Source of the DNA: a virus
DNA length: 64,000 nt
Virus record (IMG/VR): IMGVR_UViG_3300025264_000007
Span: 16,616-80,615 of that record
Direction: 5' to 3' (one strand)
Both the position numbers and the translations under genes were made by a program. Below are positions 40,828 to 50,935 of the stretch, piece after piece; within the stretch, counting starts at the first letter, position 1; every line of letters starts with the position of its first letter. The notes under the pieces were generated by a model, which did not search any database, was not told where the DNA came from, and saw only the letters and a program-made list of their open reading frames with translations.

Positions 40828-43800
40828 GTCAACCTCCTAAAGGTTCTGCGGAGACTGCGAGTGCTAAATCCCCATTTATCACTGTGTTCTAGGTTGGCGA
40901 CGTAAACTTTATTCAAGGAAATCCTGTCGTTGTCTTTGACGCCCCAGCATCTAATGCGGGCATCAAAGGCGTTGCTGTCAGTCGTGTGGATAATCCAATA
41001 CGCTGCGCCGTTCTTTGTCTTCTTTACTTTTACTTCCCTCGGAATGAACCAGACCAGTTGAAGGTCGGGGTCATACTCGCTGATAGGTGGGCAGCCTCGT
41101 CCCATTAGATTGTCCTGAATCTCTTGTGGCATAATCTCGTGGATCGGAAAGATGCCAGTGAGAGAGGCGAAGTGTTCCAGCTTCTCTTCATCCGTGAAGT
41201 CTCCTTCGGGAGCGTAGAGTTCAATGTTATCCTCAAGGTTTTTCTCCTTGCGTGGCCGGTCAACTGCTACCGCTGACCAAAAGTGTCTGAGTCCTGTGAA
41301 CCTGTCATCCATCAACTCGTCAAGAGCTTTACTCCTGACCAGCACATCCAAGGCTTTCTTGTTGAGTTTGGAGTAGGTAATGTTCTCATGGAAAAGGAAC
41401 TCCTCAATCGTATTGAAGGGTCGGTTGTTGATAATCTGGTCTAGGGCGCTGTCGCCCAGACCTTTGATGCCGGCAAGCGGTTGAATTAATGTTTTGCCGT
41501 CGTCTCCAATTTCCCAGACTCGTCCTGATCTATTAATGCTGGGTGGCTCTATCTCAAACCCAAAGGCTTTGGCGGTGTTGATAGCGCCAGCCTTCTTGTC
41601 CTCTGGTTCCTTGTCCAAGAACGCAGCCATCCACTCAACGGGATAATAATAACTAAGCCACGCACACTGGAATGACACCGCTCCGTAAGATACAGCGTGT
41701 GACAAGTTGAAGCCATATCCGGAGAAGTATTCCATGTTGGCCCACTGTTTATCGGCCACCTGTTGGGATAGCCCATGCTCGGCACAACCTGCTACGAACT
41801 TTTTATAAATCTTGTCTCTTACTTTATCTTTTCCTGTCCCCTTTTTCGTCAGAACTTTACGGAGGAGGTTGCCCTCGTCCAGAGAAATATCCTTGCCGAG
41901 CTTGTGAGCTAGCATCGCCAACTGTTCTTGGAAGACCAGTAGTCCGTGAGTCTCGCCCAAAACTTCTTTAATGATTGGGTGGTCGTAATAAACTTGGCTC
42001 GGGTTGGTCTTGTTGGCAACATAGAGACTATGCGCCTTAGCGGATAAAGGTCCCGGTCTGAAGATAGCTGTGACCGCTGCGAAGTCTAGTAACGATGTGG
42101 GCTCTGCTTCTTGGCAGAACCGTTGTGCTCCGCCGTTGGTCATCTGGAAGATGCCAGCCCACTTGCCTTTGTGAAAAACCTCTCGCCAGACTTCTTGGTT
42201 GTCAAAATCAATTGCGTCGGGATGGAGATGAGCATTATAATAATCTCTGACCTGTTCAAATGTCGGCTCTTCAATCCCTTCGTGTCGTTTTAATATATGT
42301 CGGATGGCTCCCGAAATCATACGGAGAGTTGATAGTCCGAGCAGGTCGAATTTAATGAAGCCGAGTGGCTCAAGGTGGCGAACGTTCTGGCCTTCACTCC
42401 ACGGGGTCTGGATGACTCCGCCGGAATTGATGAGCGGCATATGTTTGTCAAGGTCCTCTGCTACAACCACGCCGCCAGCGTGTCGTGATATGCTCCGCAT
42501 ATTGCCGAACAGATTATCAACGTGAGTCTCAATATGAGGATACTTTTGGAAGAAGTCTTGGAGGGTTTCACTGTATTCTTTTACCTCCGTAAATGTTGGG
42601 GTATAGACGCCAGCGATTTGACCGTGCGCTTTCTTGGCTAGAGGTGTGGCTTCGCTCATCATAACACCAGTGACCTTGTTGACTTCCATAAACGGAATGT
42701 CATAGAACTTGCCAATGTCTTTGATGAGAGAGCGGAGTTGAAGCGTATTGAAGTTGCTGATGGGGACGACCGTTGTCTTTCCCCAGTCTTCTGCTAGTTG
42801 CTCCTTCAAAGCCATTGGCTCCTCAACATCAAAGTCAATGTCCGGGTAGCCTTTGCCGCCCTTGGTTAAGAACCTCTCAAACTGTAGGTCGTATTTGATG
42901 GGGTCAATCTGAGTAATGTCTAGAACATATGACAGGAGGGAGCCAGCGGCTGAACCTCGTCCAAGTCCTACCAACATTTCCTCCTGGGCTTTATCACTGA
43001 TAGCTTTCATCGTCAGAAAATACTGGGCGAACCCTCGGTCCTTGATGATTCCTAGTTCATATTTAAGACGCTCCACATACTCGGGGTCTGTGATATTCTT
43101 TTCTTTCATTCCCGCCAAGGCGTCTTGGGTCAGAGCTTGGATGGCTGTCTTGCCTTTGGGCACCACGAATTCTGGGAGGCGTACTTCACTGCCCGGAAGG
43201 AAATCTTCACAGCGATCAAAAGCGATGTGATGGGTGCGTTCAATGCTGTCACGGATGGCGGTATCATCATAACTGATACGGTGCTTGGCTGAATATCGTT
43301 TGTAACTCTCCCACATCTGGTCCCCATTTTTGGGATAGAGTTCGTAGCCGACTTCATCAACCGTCTCGGGAAGACCGTTGTCGCCGTCAGCCCACGCTGG
43401 AACTTTGCCGCCCCAGCCGATGCGCTTATACATCTCTCGGTCTTTCCAAAGTTCTGGTCGGGGGTAGTGACTGTCGGCAGTGCTGATAATCTCTACGCCC
43501 ATTTCCATACAGGCTTGGATAATATAATTGTTGCCTTCGTGCTGTTCCTTGATATCGTTCCATTGAACCTCTCCGTAGAAGCGGTCGCCAAAGATTTCTT
43601 TGAACTGGGCGATTGTGTCCCGCATCGCTGAAAGAACGTGGTCTGGGCTCTTGTCTCTGTTCTTCCAGAAGTCTGCGAACAAAGGACCAGACATACAGGC
43701 GCTGCTGATGATGAGCCCCTCATTGTATTTGTCCAGCATCTCAAAATCCATACGAGGATAACGATAAAAGTTTTCAGGTTGGTAGCTGTTGGATACCAAC

Positions 43801-44243
43801 TGGAAAAGATTGTTGAGACCTGTCTGGTTCTGCGCAACCATCACAAGGTGGTTGCGGCTATTGAGAGGATTAAATTTCTTTTGTCGGTCCTCATCTTCAA
43901 TGACCATTCCATACTCTTCTTTTTTTTGTTTCTTCTTGGAGTTGGCCTTGTGTTCTTCATACATTGTGCGCCACTTACGATGGGACTTGATGAAGTAGGA
44001 TTCACATCCGTAGATGGCTCGGAAGTCTTTGCCGTCTGCCTTCATTTGCTTCAAGTGTTCCACCTGAAATGACAAGCCGTTCATGTGACCGTGGTCGGTG
44101 AGAGCGTGGGCATTCATCCCGTTCTCGTAGGCGAAATCCATATGTTCGCCTGGCATCCCCAATCCGTCAAAGGGGGAGAGCCCAGAGTGTGCATGAAGAC
44201 CCACAAATGGGATCTTGCTTACAATCCGTTCAGACATTAGCAA
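40824..44243 (-). CDS. dnaE: DNA polymerase III alpha subunit (family C)
   Basis: PHP LHAHS/TDHG, GRGSAAGS, PDIDFD, HAGGV, KFDLLGL, YGFNLSHA. Confidence 0.97.
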   Translation of the reverse strand: MLMSERIVSKIPFVGLHAHSGLSPFDGLGMPGEHMDFAYENGMNAHALTDHGHMNGLSFQVEHLKQMKADGKDFRAIYGCESYFIKSHRKWRTMYEEHKANSKKKQKKEEYGMVIEDEDRQKKFNPLNSRNHLVMVAQNQTGLNNLFQLVSNSYQPENFYRYPRMDFEMLDKYNEGLIISSACMSGPLFADFWKNRDKSPDHVLSAMRDTIAQFKEIFGDRFYGEVQWNDIKEQHEGNNYIIQACMEMGVEIISTADSHYPRPELWKDREMYKRIGWGGKVPAWADGDNGLPETVDEVGYELYPKNGDQMWESYKRYSAKHRISYDDTAIRDSIERTHHIAFDRCEDFLPGSEVRLPEFVVPKGKTAIQALTQDALAGMKEKNITDPEYVERLKYELGIIKDRGFAQYFLTMKAISDKAQEEMLVGLGRGSAAGSLLSYVLDITQIDPIKYDLQFERFLTKGGKGYPDIDFDVEEPMALKEQLAEDWGKTTVVPISNFNTLQLRSLIKDIGKFYDIPFMEVNKVTGVMMSEATPLAKKAHGQIAGVYTPTFTEVKEYSETLQDFFQKYPHIETHVDNLFGNMRSISRHAGGVVVAEDLDKHMPLINSGGVIQTPWSEGQNVRHLEPLGFIKFDLLGLSTLRMISGAIRHILKRHEGIEEPTFEQVRDYYNAHLHPDAIDFDNQEVWREVFHKGKWAGIFQMTNGGAQRFCQEAEPTSLLDFAAVTAIFRPGPLSAKAHSLYVANKTNPSQVYYDHPIIKEVLGETHGLLVFQEQLAMLAHKLGKDISLDEGNLLRKVLTKKGTGKDKVRDKIYKKFVAGCAEHGLSQQVADKQWANMEYFSGYGFNLSHAVSYGAVSFQCAWLSYYYPVEWMAAFLDKEPEDKKAGAINTAKAFGFEIEPPSINRSGRVWEIGDDGKTLIQPLAGIKGLGDSALDQIINNRPFNTIEEFLFHENITYSKLNKKALDVLVRSKALDELMDDRFTGLRHFWSAVAVDRPRKEKNLEDNIELYAPEGDFTDEEKLEHFASLTGIFPIHEIMPQEIQDNLMGRGCPPISEYDPDLQLVWFIPREVKVKKTKNGAAYWIIHTTDSNAFDARIRCWGVKDNDRISLNKVYVANLEHSDKWGFSTRSLRRTFRRLT

Positions 44244-44265
44244 CCTTTCTGTTTAGTATGCTTCT

Positions 44266-44293
44266 AGTATACATCAAAATAAGAAAATTTCAA
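44266..44293 (-). promoter_or_regulatory. Promoter TTGAAA-N16-TATACT for dnaE
   Basis: Seen directly in the sequence. Confidence 0.65.
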
Positions 44294-44295
44294 GT

Positions 44296-44326
44296 AAAAA
44301 ATGAGCGGGGTACCCCCTCCCCGCTC
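44296..44326 (-). terminator. Rho-independent terminator
   Basis: Minus strand GAGCGGGG...CCCCGCTC followed by a T run. Confidence 0.75.
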
Positions 44327-44376
44327 GCCACCCGCCGTAACAGGGAACACCAATTACCTCTAAATAGTAATCCGCG

Positions 44377-44754
44377 TCACGCTTCGGCGGTGCTTTCTTC
44401 ATCAAGGGGGCTCCCGTATACATCCTTGTGCCCGTCCTGGTAAGTAATGATGGTTCGATTAGCTGGGTGTGGTTCAATGTGAACCTTCACAAAATCGCTC
44501 ATACTATCAAAGATGGCAATACCTCCACGGGGCGGTGGGTACAGCCAATGAACAACACACTGTCCAGTCGCCATGACGACGCCTTCAATAACGACGCCGT
44601 CGCCGGAGACTCCGGTCTCATCATGCTGGCGGAATACTGTAAAACTGGTAATCCCTCGTGGTGCCAGCTTTGAAGGTGGCTTGGGGATTAAGTCGTCAGC
44701 AACCTCTTCAGCCGTTTTCTGTTCTTCGCTCATTTTGATATTCTCCGTAAGCAT
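44377..44754 (-). CDS. Phage hypothetical protein
   Basis: DETGVSGDGVVIEGV...VHWL. Confidence 0.7.
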   Translation of the reverse strand: MLTENIKMSEEQKTAEEVADDLIPKPPSKLAPRGITSFTVFRQHDETGVSGDGVVIEGVVMATGQCVVHWLYPPPRGGIAIFDSMSDFVKVHIEPHPANRTIITYQDGHKDVYGSPLDEESTAEA

Positions 44755-45022
44755 TCAAAACATTCTCTAACCACTGGGTGCTTACTGGCGTAAGCCAGTC
44801 TACCCGAATCTCTTCAGGCTCCCGATAGGAGGATCTCATTTTTTTATCCCAGGCAATCTTGGCAATATGAATGTCGTCTTCCAGCCAGTTAACTTTGCAA
44901 TAAGCCCAGCCGTGGTCGCCGATTCGTTTGGAACGCACGACGCCTAGGCGCAAAAGTTTGTGGTGCATGTTCATTACAAATGTTCCCACATGAATTCCGT
45001 AGGGTTCGTCTTTTAATCTCAT
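44708..45022 (-). CDS. SH3-like hypothetical protein
   Basis: IHVGTFV...LGVV...CKVNW. Confidence 0.6.
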   Translation of the reverse strand: MRLKDEPYGIHVGTFVMNMHHKLLRLGVVRSKRIGDHGWAYCKVNWLEDDIHIAKIAWDKKMRSSYREPEEIRVDWLTPVSTQWLENVLNAYGEYQNERRTENG

Positions 45023-45036
45023 TGTTCTACCTTTCT

Positions 45037-45549
45037 TTACTCGCCCTCTAATTGGGCTTGTTCGTCTTCGCCGACTCTGGTGGCTTCATAGGGAATGAAA
45101 AGAGATACCACATCAAAGCCGGACAACGAATAAAAAATGCCGTCATAACTTTCTCGGATATGCTCTAGCATATCGTTCCATTCCATTCCTTTGCGCAATC
45201 CATAGACACGATGGCGGTGCATCTCCTTGTGACCCTCGGGGTCGTTGCGAAAATCATAGATGCGATTAGCGAGAATCGTTGCTTGGTAAAGATACCGTCC
45301 TGACGACACTTGTCTTTCCTTCTGTTCCAAATCTACATACCAAAATGTTCTGGGCACCGTACTTGTTTCATACTCTCTCATAGAAAACGAACTTCTTTTA
45401 GCTTTGTCGGCAAAATATTTGGGGTCTACTATAATCTCTTCTTGGTTTGTGGGGGCATAATGGTATAGGGTGAGGGTACCCCCTCTGTCGTAGCGATTCA
45501 TCTGGGCCTCACTGAGGAACTCTTTAAAATCTTTAATAAGTTTTTTCAT
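45037..45549 (-). CDS. Putative ADP-ribosyltransferase-fold (ART-PolyVal-like) protein
   Basis: LYH...FWY...YLY...IYD...YDGI pattern after a KDFKEFLSE leader. Confidence 0.45.
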   Translation of the reverse strand: MKKLIKDFKEFLSEAQMNRYDRGGTLTLYHYAPTNQEEIIVDPKYFADKAKRSSFSMREYETSTVPRTFWYVDLEQKERQVSSGRYLYQATILANRIYDFRNDPEGHKEMHRHRVYGLRKGMEWNDMLEHIRESYDGIFYSLSGFDVVSLFIPYEATRVGEDEQAQLEGE

Positions 45550-46244
45550 AAATTCTTTTTTAGTTCCCGAAGTTTGAGACGCAGGATTTGGCGATGGTGC
45601 CAGCGGGACTTGGGTGTCCTGTTGGTATCCAGAGAGTATCCAATTCTGTTATTGATTTCCTTTATCAAAGTTTTATTAGTCTTTCGCTGTTGCGCTGTTA
45701 AACTGGGAAGGTCGTAATCATATTCATGACCTTCTTCCATTTCATATTGGTCGTCAAAGAAGGGAATATAAAATTTACGAGCGGCTGACTGCCGTTCTTG
45801 AGAGAAGAAATCTTCGCGCGACTGAACTTCTTCGTCGAACAAGACTGCATCTCTCTTCTGCATCGTCTGGTCGCCCTCGATGTATTCAAAAACAAACCGG
45901 TTTTCCTCCGTCTTCTCCCCCCAAATGACTGACTCTTGGTTAAAATATTTGCCAGCCTCAACCATATCTTCACGGCTGATATTGGGTATCATCATAGAAC
46001 GCTCCTTGCTACCGAACTTTCCACGAATGCGGATAGGTCCATAGCCCCTCTCTCGAAACCAAGCCATCAATTCTTTGTTAAGTTCTCGGTTTTCTTTGGA
46101 GGATAATTTTTGAGCCATTGGGTTTTCGCCGGTCATAAAGCCGACCGTATCTACCGAGGCTACTTTACCCTGTAGGATATTCTTGATCCGGTTAAACCCA
46201 GATTCATTCAAGAACTTTTTCCACTCTGTCAATAAACTTTTCAC
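45546..46244 (-). CDS. SAM-lyase-like / DUF3293-like protein
   Basis: FMTGENP...ENRELN...G.F...ERSMMI...FNQESVI parallels the T3 SAMase layout. Confidence 0.5.
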   Translation of the reverse strand: MKSLLTEWKKFLNESGFNRIKNILQGKVASVDTVGFMTGENPMAQKLSSKENRELNKELMAWFRERGYGPIRIRGKFGSKERSMMIPNISREDMVEAGKYFNQESVIWGEKTEENRFVFEYIEGDQTMQKRDAVLFDEEVQSREDFFSQERQSAARKFYIPFFDDQYEMEEGHEYDYDLPSLTAQQRKTNKTLIKEINNRIGYSLDTNRTPKSRWHHRQILRLKLRELKKNL

Positions 46245-46248
46245 TTAT

Positions 46249-46503
46249 TTACTCCACGCAAATGAGGTGATTTTCTCCGATAAAAATATATTCATGGCCC
46301 TCGACCTTAACCGTCTCCATCCCAAACGCATGAAACACGATCTTTTTATCCGTAAGGTCGGAGGAGCAATCATCAGCACAAGCGATAACCCTAGCGGTTA
46401 GAAACTCGGCTGCCTGTTCTTCAACCGGAACGAAAAAAACCCCCTCCTTTTTTTTCTCTTTTATTACCTCAATAAGTAGTCTGCGGTTTAGCGGTTTCAT
46501 CAT
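46249..46503 (-). CDS. groES: Co-chaperonin GroES
   Basis: MKPLNRRLLI...V.A...YIFIGENHLI. Confidence 0.8.
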   Translation of the reverse strand: MMKPLNRRLLIEVIKEKKKEGVFFVPVEEQAAEFLTARVIACADDCSSDLTDKKIVFHAFGMETVKVEGHEYIFIGENHLICVE

Positions 46504-46552
46504 AGCTCCGTTCGATACTCTGATATCATCATATTATATGTTGACGTTTTTG

Positions 46553-48424
46553 TCAAGTAATTTCACACTCACCGCCGGCACACGCTGCCTCCCCCTTAAG
46601 GTCGGTGTTATCATCTTCTTCCACAATCGTCGTAAGATCAACGGTGGCAAGCTTTTTCATCATCACGGTATATTTTTCCTCTGAACAATCTTCAAAGGGG
46701 GGTTGGCAATAAGTTCCTCCGTTATGGGGAAGGACACTCAGTCCGTTATAATGATTGCGATTGTCCCACATCCATTCCCCAGCATCGATCCACTCGTTCT
46801 CATGCAGGGAGATGGTGGCAGAGACGTTGTGTCCGTTTTGACCTGAGCGTTTGCCTGGGCTAACCCATTCTTGTGTTATTTTCTTTACTCGTCGCAAAAG
46901 TTGGAAGGCAGATTCCGTGCGGAGGATGGCCCCTTCGGGAGCCTTCTGGGGCACCGAGATGACGGCTGTATCGTGGGGGCGGAAGAACTCGTCTTCCACC
47001 AACTCCGGGTGGTGAATTGCTAGGTGCCAATAAATTGGCTCATTTTTGCCAACCCTAATGCGGCGAATATAATAATCATTGTGCCAAGCATGAATGCCGC
47101 TAGAGGTTCCCAGGGTCAAACTAGTGGTTCCTGCGGGCTTTACGCAGGTTGTGCGGGCAGCGTGATTGATACTTATAAGATCAGCAACTCGGGCATTTTC
47201 TGCCTTGACTGCTCGGGCCGCTGCCGTCAAATCTATGTCGTCTTGGAGAACTCTTCCTGATGCAATGCCTGTCATTGACACACCGATGAGAGCATCCTTT
47301 TCGGTGTTGCGCTGCCAGATGTTGCGAAGGTAATGAAAGTCGGTGTATCCCGCTTGAAGAGTGCCGATAAAAGCGGCGGCCTTCATCCGCTGTTCTAGGT
47401 CACGCTGGTCGATGATGTTGCTGACGTTAACTTCAGTGAGGTTGCAGAACTGGAAGGGGCGTAAACCAATCTCACAACAAGGGTTGGTTCCCCAATCCTT
47501 GTCATTAGAGAGATAGATTCCCGGTTCGCCAGCGTTGGAGGCTTCAACGCGCTTCCATATATCTAGGAAAAAATCTTTTGTTATCCTGTGCCGCAAGAGA
47601 ACAGCCGAGTTGTTGGCTCGACCTCGTTGAGAATTAGTCTCCCACCAGTTGCCAGTCTTGCAAGCAATCATCTCGTTGTCGCAGGCAGAGAACAATGATA
47701 TAAGGGCGGCACGCCGGATGCCTCCTGCCAAAACTGCATCGGCGATGTGACAGATTATGTCATGAACCTCGATGGGAGCTAGCTTATCTCCATCACTCTT
47801 TTGGGCTAGAACACCCTCCACTTTTACCAGGCACTCGCGCAAGGGCTGCGATCCAGGGGCTTTGCCGCCCGACGTTACCAGGCGAGCGCCTTTAGGGCGA
47901 ATATCACTAAAATCAAATCGTAGTTTAGAGCCGCCGCGGAAGTAGCTGCGCACAAGATATTTAACAGCGTCGGCCCATCCTTCAATACTATCACTTATTA
48001 AATACCTCCGCGTTCTTTCAGGATTAGGTTTTCTAATCTCGGCAAGTTGCTCAACGTGATGTTTCTGAACAGAGTATCCTACACCAGTTCCGCCGAGGAG
48101 GAGGAACATGATCTCTCCAAATACTCGCCAGTCATCTACAGGCGCATAAGCACAATTGAATACGCGGTTGGGAGAGATCTCAATGGGTTTCCCTGCAAAT
48201 TGCATGGAGCGCATAGAGGGGAGCACCTTCTTCTCGTAAACAAATTCATAAGCTTTCTTAATCTCAGCCTTCAAGGGGGGATACTTTTTCATGTGCATCT
48301 TCATGTTACGACTCACTAACTCATCCCAAGTTTCCCGGCGGTTCTTCTTGGGAAGATACCGCGCATACTTCATGTATACCGTAATGTCGGATAGTATCTG
48401 GGTTGATAGGTCTTGGTCGTTCAT
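46553..48424 (-). CDS. nrdJ: Class II (B12-dependent, monomeric-type) ribonucleotide reductase
   Basis: KYAR...RETW, FNC, GGIRRAA, TNPCCE, VKPAGT, C-terminal CAGGEC; no nrdB in window. Confidence 0.88.
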   Translation of the reverse strand: MNDQDLSTQILSDITVYMKYARYLPKKNRRETWDELVSRNMKMHMKKYPPLKAEIKKAYEFVYEKKVLPSMRSMQFAGKPIEISPNRVFNCAYAPVDDWRVFGEIMFLLLGGTGVGYSVQKHHVEQLAEIRKPNPERTRRYLISDSIEGWADAVKYLVRSYFRGGSKLRFDFSDIRPKGARLVTSGGKAPGSQPLRECLVKVEGVLAQKSDGDKLAPIEVHDIICHIADAVLAGGIRRAALISLFSACDNEMIACKTGNWWETNSQRGRANNSAVLLRHRITKDFFLDIWKRVEASNAGEPGIYLSNDKDWGTNPCCEIGLRPFQFCNLTEVNVSNIIDQRDLEQRMKAAAFIGTLQAGYTDFHYLRNIWQRNTEKDALIGVSMTGIASGRVLQDDIDLTAAARAVKAENARVADLISINHAARTTCVKPAGTTSLTLGTSSGIHAWHNDYYIRRIRVGKNEPIYWHLAIHHPELVEDEFFRPHDTAVISVPQKAPEGAILRTESAFQLLRRVKKITQEWVSPGKRSGQNGHNVSATISLHENEWIDAGEWMWDNRNHYNGLSVLPHNGGTYCQPPFEDCSEEKYTVMMKKLATVDLTTIVEEDDNTDLKGEAACAGGECEIT

Positions 48425-49908
48425 GGTGCTTCTTTCTCCTGTTCTAAGTTTTGTTTCAAATCTCGCAACCCTTGTTTAAAACTTTTTTGTTGGTCATTTT
48501 CTTTTTTTTTATCTTCGGAGGTGGTCTTCCTCTCCTGTTTGAACTGTTTATATTTTTTGCGCAGATGCGCGTCTTGTTCTTGTTTGGTCTTCATCACCAC
48601 GGCGTCAATCGTGGAGTGCTCGTCGGGGGCTAATACTTTAAGGTGAACCTTTGAGGTGTCAAACTCCATAGGGTAGACGATGCCGTCAATGCCGTTCCGG
48701 TTCTTGGCTACAAACATGCGACCCTTGTTCTCGGTCTTGTCCTCAATCGTGCGGGAAATAGTACAGATAAAATCAGCGACGAAGCACTTATTGAAGGCTT
48801 CACTGATAGCTTCCATCGTAATGACTTCGGCGTTTAGTCCGCTTCGGTTGGTTTGGGATGCTGTCCATACTGGGATATCCCAGACTTGTCCGATGGCTCG
48901 GAGTTCTTCATAAATGTTTCCGAGGCTGTGGCGTAATTCCTGTGTCTTGAAGCCCGTGGCAGTAGGGCGAAGTAGGTCAGCATAATCTACAATAACCATG
49001 TCAACATCTACACCTTTCTGCTTCAGCTTCTCAAGGTGCCCGGTGATGGTTCTTGTGGAGGCTGACTTCGTGGGATACTCTTTGATAATTAGTTGCCCCG
49101 GAATATGTTTTACAACTTCTATAATGGAATCTTTCATGCTCATTAAATCTTTGAGTTGCACGCCGGTCAGGCACGAGTCGTAGCGTTGCCCGACAACGGT
49201 GTCGGCTAACTCCAAAGTGTAATGAACAACTGTCTTCCCCTTGACGACGGCCATAGCTCCAAGGTGAACAAGAGCCATTGACTTACCCGCTCCCGTGGGA
49301 GCAACAACAACGCCAAGCTCTCGCTTCCCGAGACCACCCTTGGTGATGCTGTCAATCTCGTCCCAGTGAGTAGGGATCGGATTACGCATCTTCATTTCAA
49401 AGCGGTCTTCCACATCTTTGTGGTAGTCGTGCCCCTGGTCGTTATCGGACCCAAGGTTCATCGCTTCGTTGATAACTTTTTGTATCTCATCAAAGCTCTG
49501 GGAATGGAGAAGATCTACTGACTTTAGGATTGCTTCCTTGAGTTTCTGCTTCTTGCAAAAGTCGAGGGATTTTTCTTTAATATATTCGGCGTCGTCGTCG
49601 CCTATGGCGTTGCTCTTGATTCGCGCGAGAAAATCAATGACCTGCTTGATAACGCTATCGGAGTAATCTTCGGTCTGAGTGCGAACCACGGAAACCATGG
49701 CCTCGTAGGTAGGGTGGGGATAACTTTGCTTGTGCTGGAAAAAAAGATCGACAAATACCTGAAGGTATTTCAGTTCTAAATAACTGATATCTAGAACTTC
49801 TTCCATCTGAGCGGCAAACGTGCGGTCAAAAAGAATTGTCTTCACTAGTTTTTCTTGAAAGGCTTTTCCAAACTTACTAAATGTATCGTAGTGTTGTTCA
49901 ACCATCAA
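48421..49908 (-). CDS. dnaB: Replicative DnaB/gp41-like helicase
   Basis: APTGAGKS, TLEL, IVDYAD, TASQTNR, KNRNG. Confidence 0.93.
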   Translation of the reverse strand: MMVEQHYDTFSKFGKAFQEKLVKTILFDRTFAAQMEEVLDISYLELKYLQVFVDLFFQHKQSYPHPTYEAMVSVVRTQTEDYSDSVIKQVIDFLARIKSNAIGDDDAEYIKEKSLDFCKKQKLKEAILKSVDLLHSQSFDEIQKVINEAMNLGSDNDQGHDYHKDVEDRFEMKMRNPIPTHWDEIDSITKGGLGKRELGVVVAPTGAGKSMALVHLGAMAVVKGKTVVHYTLELADTVVGQRYDSCLTGVQLKDLMSMKDSIIEVVKHIPGQLIIKEYPTKSASTRTITGHLEKLKQKGVDVDMVIVDYADLLRPTATGFKTQELRHSLGNIYEELRAIGQVWDIPVWTASQTNRSGLNAEVITMEAISEAFNKCFVADFICTISRTIEDKTENKGRMFVAKNRNGIDGIVYPMEFDTSKVHLKVLAPDEHSTIDAVVMKTKQEQDAHLRKKYKQFKQERKTTSEDKKKENDQQKSFKQGLRDLKQNLEQEKEAP

Positions 49909-49963
49909 TAACCCTAGTTCCTACTATAACCCAACTGGTGAAAATGTGAAGGCCGACCCTCAT

Positions 49964-50917
49964 TTATTTTGCATGAGAGCCGAGCATGACCATTAGCTCG
50001 TCAATATTTAAAGTACCAATACCATCTTTGAGGAGCATTTTCCTAATTTGAGTGCGATTCAATTTGACCCCGTCATTCTGAATAGCGTATTTGAGTTTGC
50101 GCGTTCCTTGCAATGATATGGTGCTCGTATATAGTTGCATGATTTCGTAATTTAAGGCAATAATTTCTTCGCTTTCCAGAACTTTTTGAAATGCCTTGAC
50201 TTTATTTTTGTTCTTTTTTGCGTGGGTCAAAATGTCTGCTAAACCATAGTCTTGGTTTTCCGAAAGGAAAGAAAATCTTTTGGCAACTGTGGCTAGACCC
50301 AGACCTTTTACTCCATCCAAGTTATCTGACTTGTCCCCGACGATGGCTCGTGCCCATGCAAAGTTGCGAGGATGAATGTGGTATTGCTCTATCACCTTGT
50401 TCTTGTTCAGAACTTCCTCGTTCTTGCCGGGTCGGATAAGAACTGTCTTGTCGTCGCACAACTGAATAAAATCTTTATCAGAGGAGATGATTAATTTTTG
50501 CCAGGTTGCATATTGATTGCAGTGACAAAGCCACGCAATCACATCGTCGGCTTCCACATTTTCCACAGCAAGTTGAAGGACTGGGAGGTTTTCTAAATAC
50601 TCTGTTAGTCTGATGACCTGCTCGTATTTATTTTCTCGCTCTTCTTCGGGGGTGGAAAACTCATACTCTCGGTTGAGCTTGGGGGCTTTGCGTCCCACCT
50701 TATAGTTTTTATTTTTTTCCCTGCGAGACTGGGAGCCGCCGGGACCTTCCCACGCTACAACAACTCGGTCAGGCTTGGCCCGCCGTACCTCTTTTTGAAG
50801 GGACCGCAAGAAGCCAGTCAACCCTCCGATGGGGTTGCCGTTGGCATCCAGTTGAGGGGACATAACATAGTTGCGGATGAACATATTTTGTCCATCGATG
50901 ATAAGCAATCTTTTCAT
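49964..50917 (-). CDS. 5'-3' exonuclease / flap endonuclease
   Basis: IIDG, EADD, SSDKD, GDKSDN. Confidence 0.93.
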   Translation of the reverse strand: MKRLLIIDGQNMFIRNYVMSPQLDANGNPIGGLTGFLRSLQKEVRRAKPDRVVVAWEGPGGSQSRREKNKNYKVGRKAPKLNREYEFSTPEEERENKYEQVIRLTEYLENLPVLQLAVENVEADDVIAWLCHCNQYATWQKLIISSDKDFIQLCDDKTVLIRPGKNEEVLNKNKVIEQYHIHPRNFAWARAIVGDKSDNLDGVKGLGLATVAKRFSFLSENQDYGLADILTHAKKNKNKVKAFQKVLESEEIIALNYEIMQLYTSTISLQGTRKLKYAIQNDGVKLNRTQIRKMLLKDGIGTLNIDELMVMLGSHAK

Positions 50918-50935
50918 GGGGCTCCAAAGAAGTTT

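Noticed and set aside
40824-49908. Inteins or introns in DnaE, RNR or helicase
   Set aside because: Lengths are typical, and I saw no intein termini or homing endonuclease insertions.
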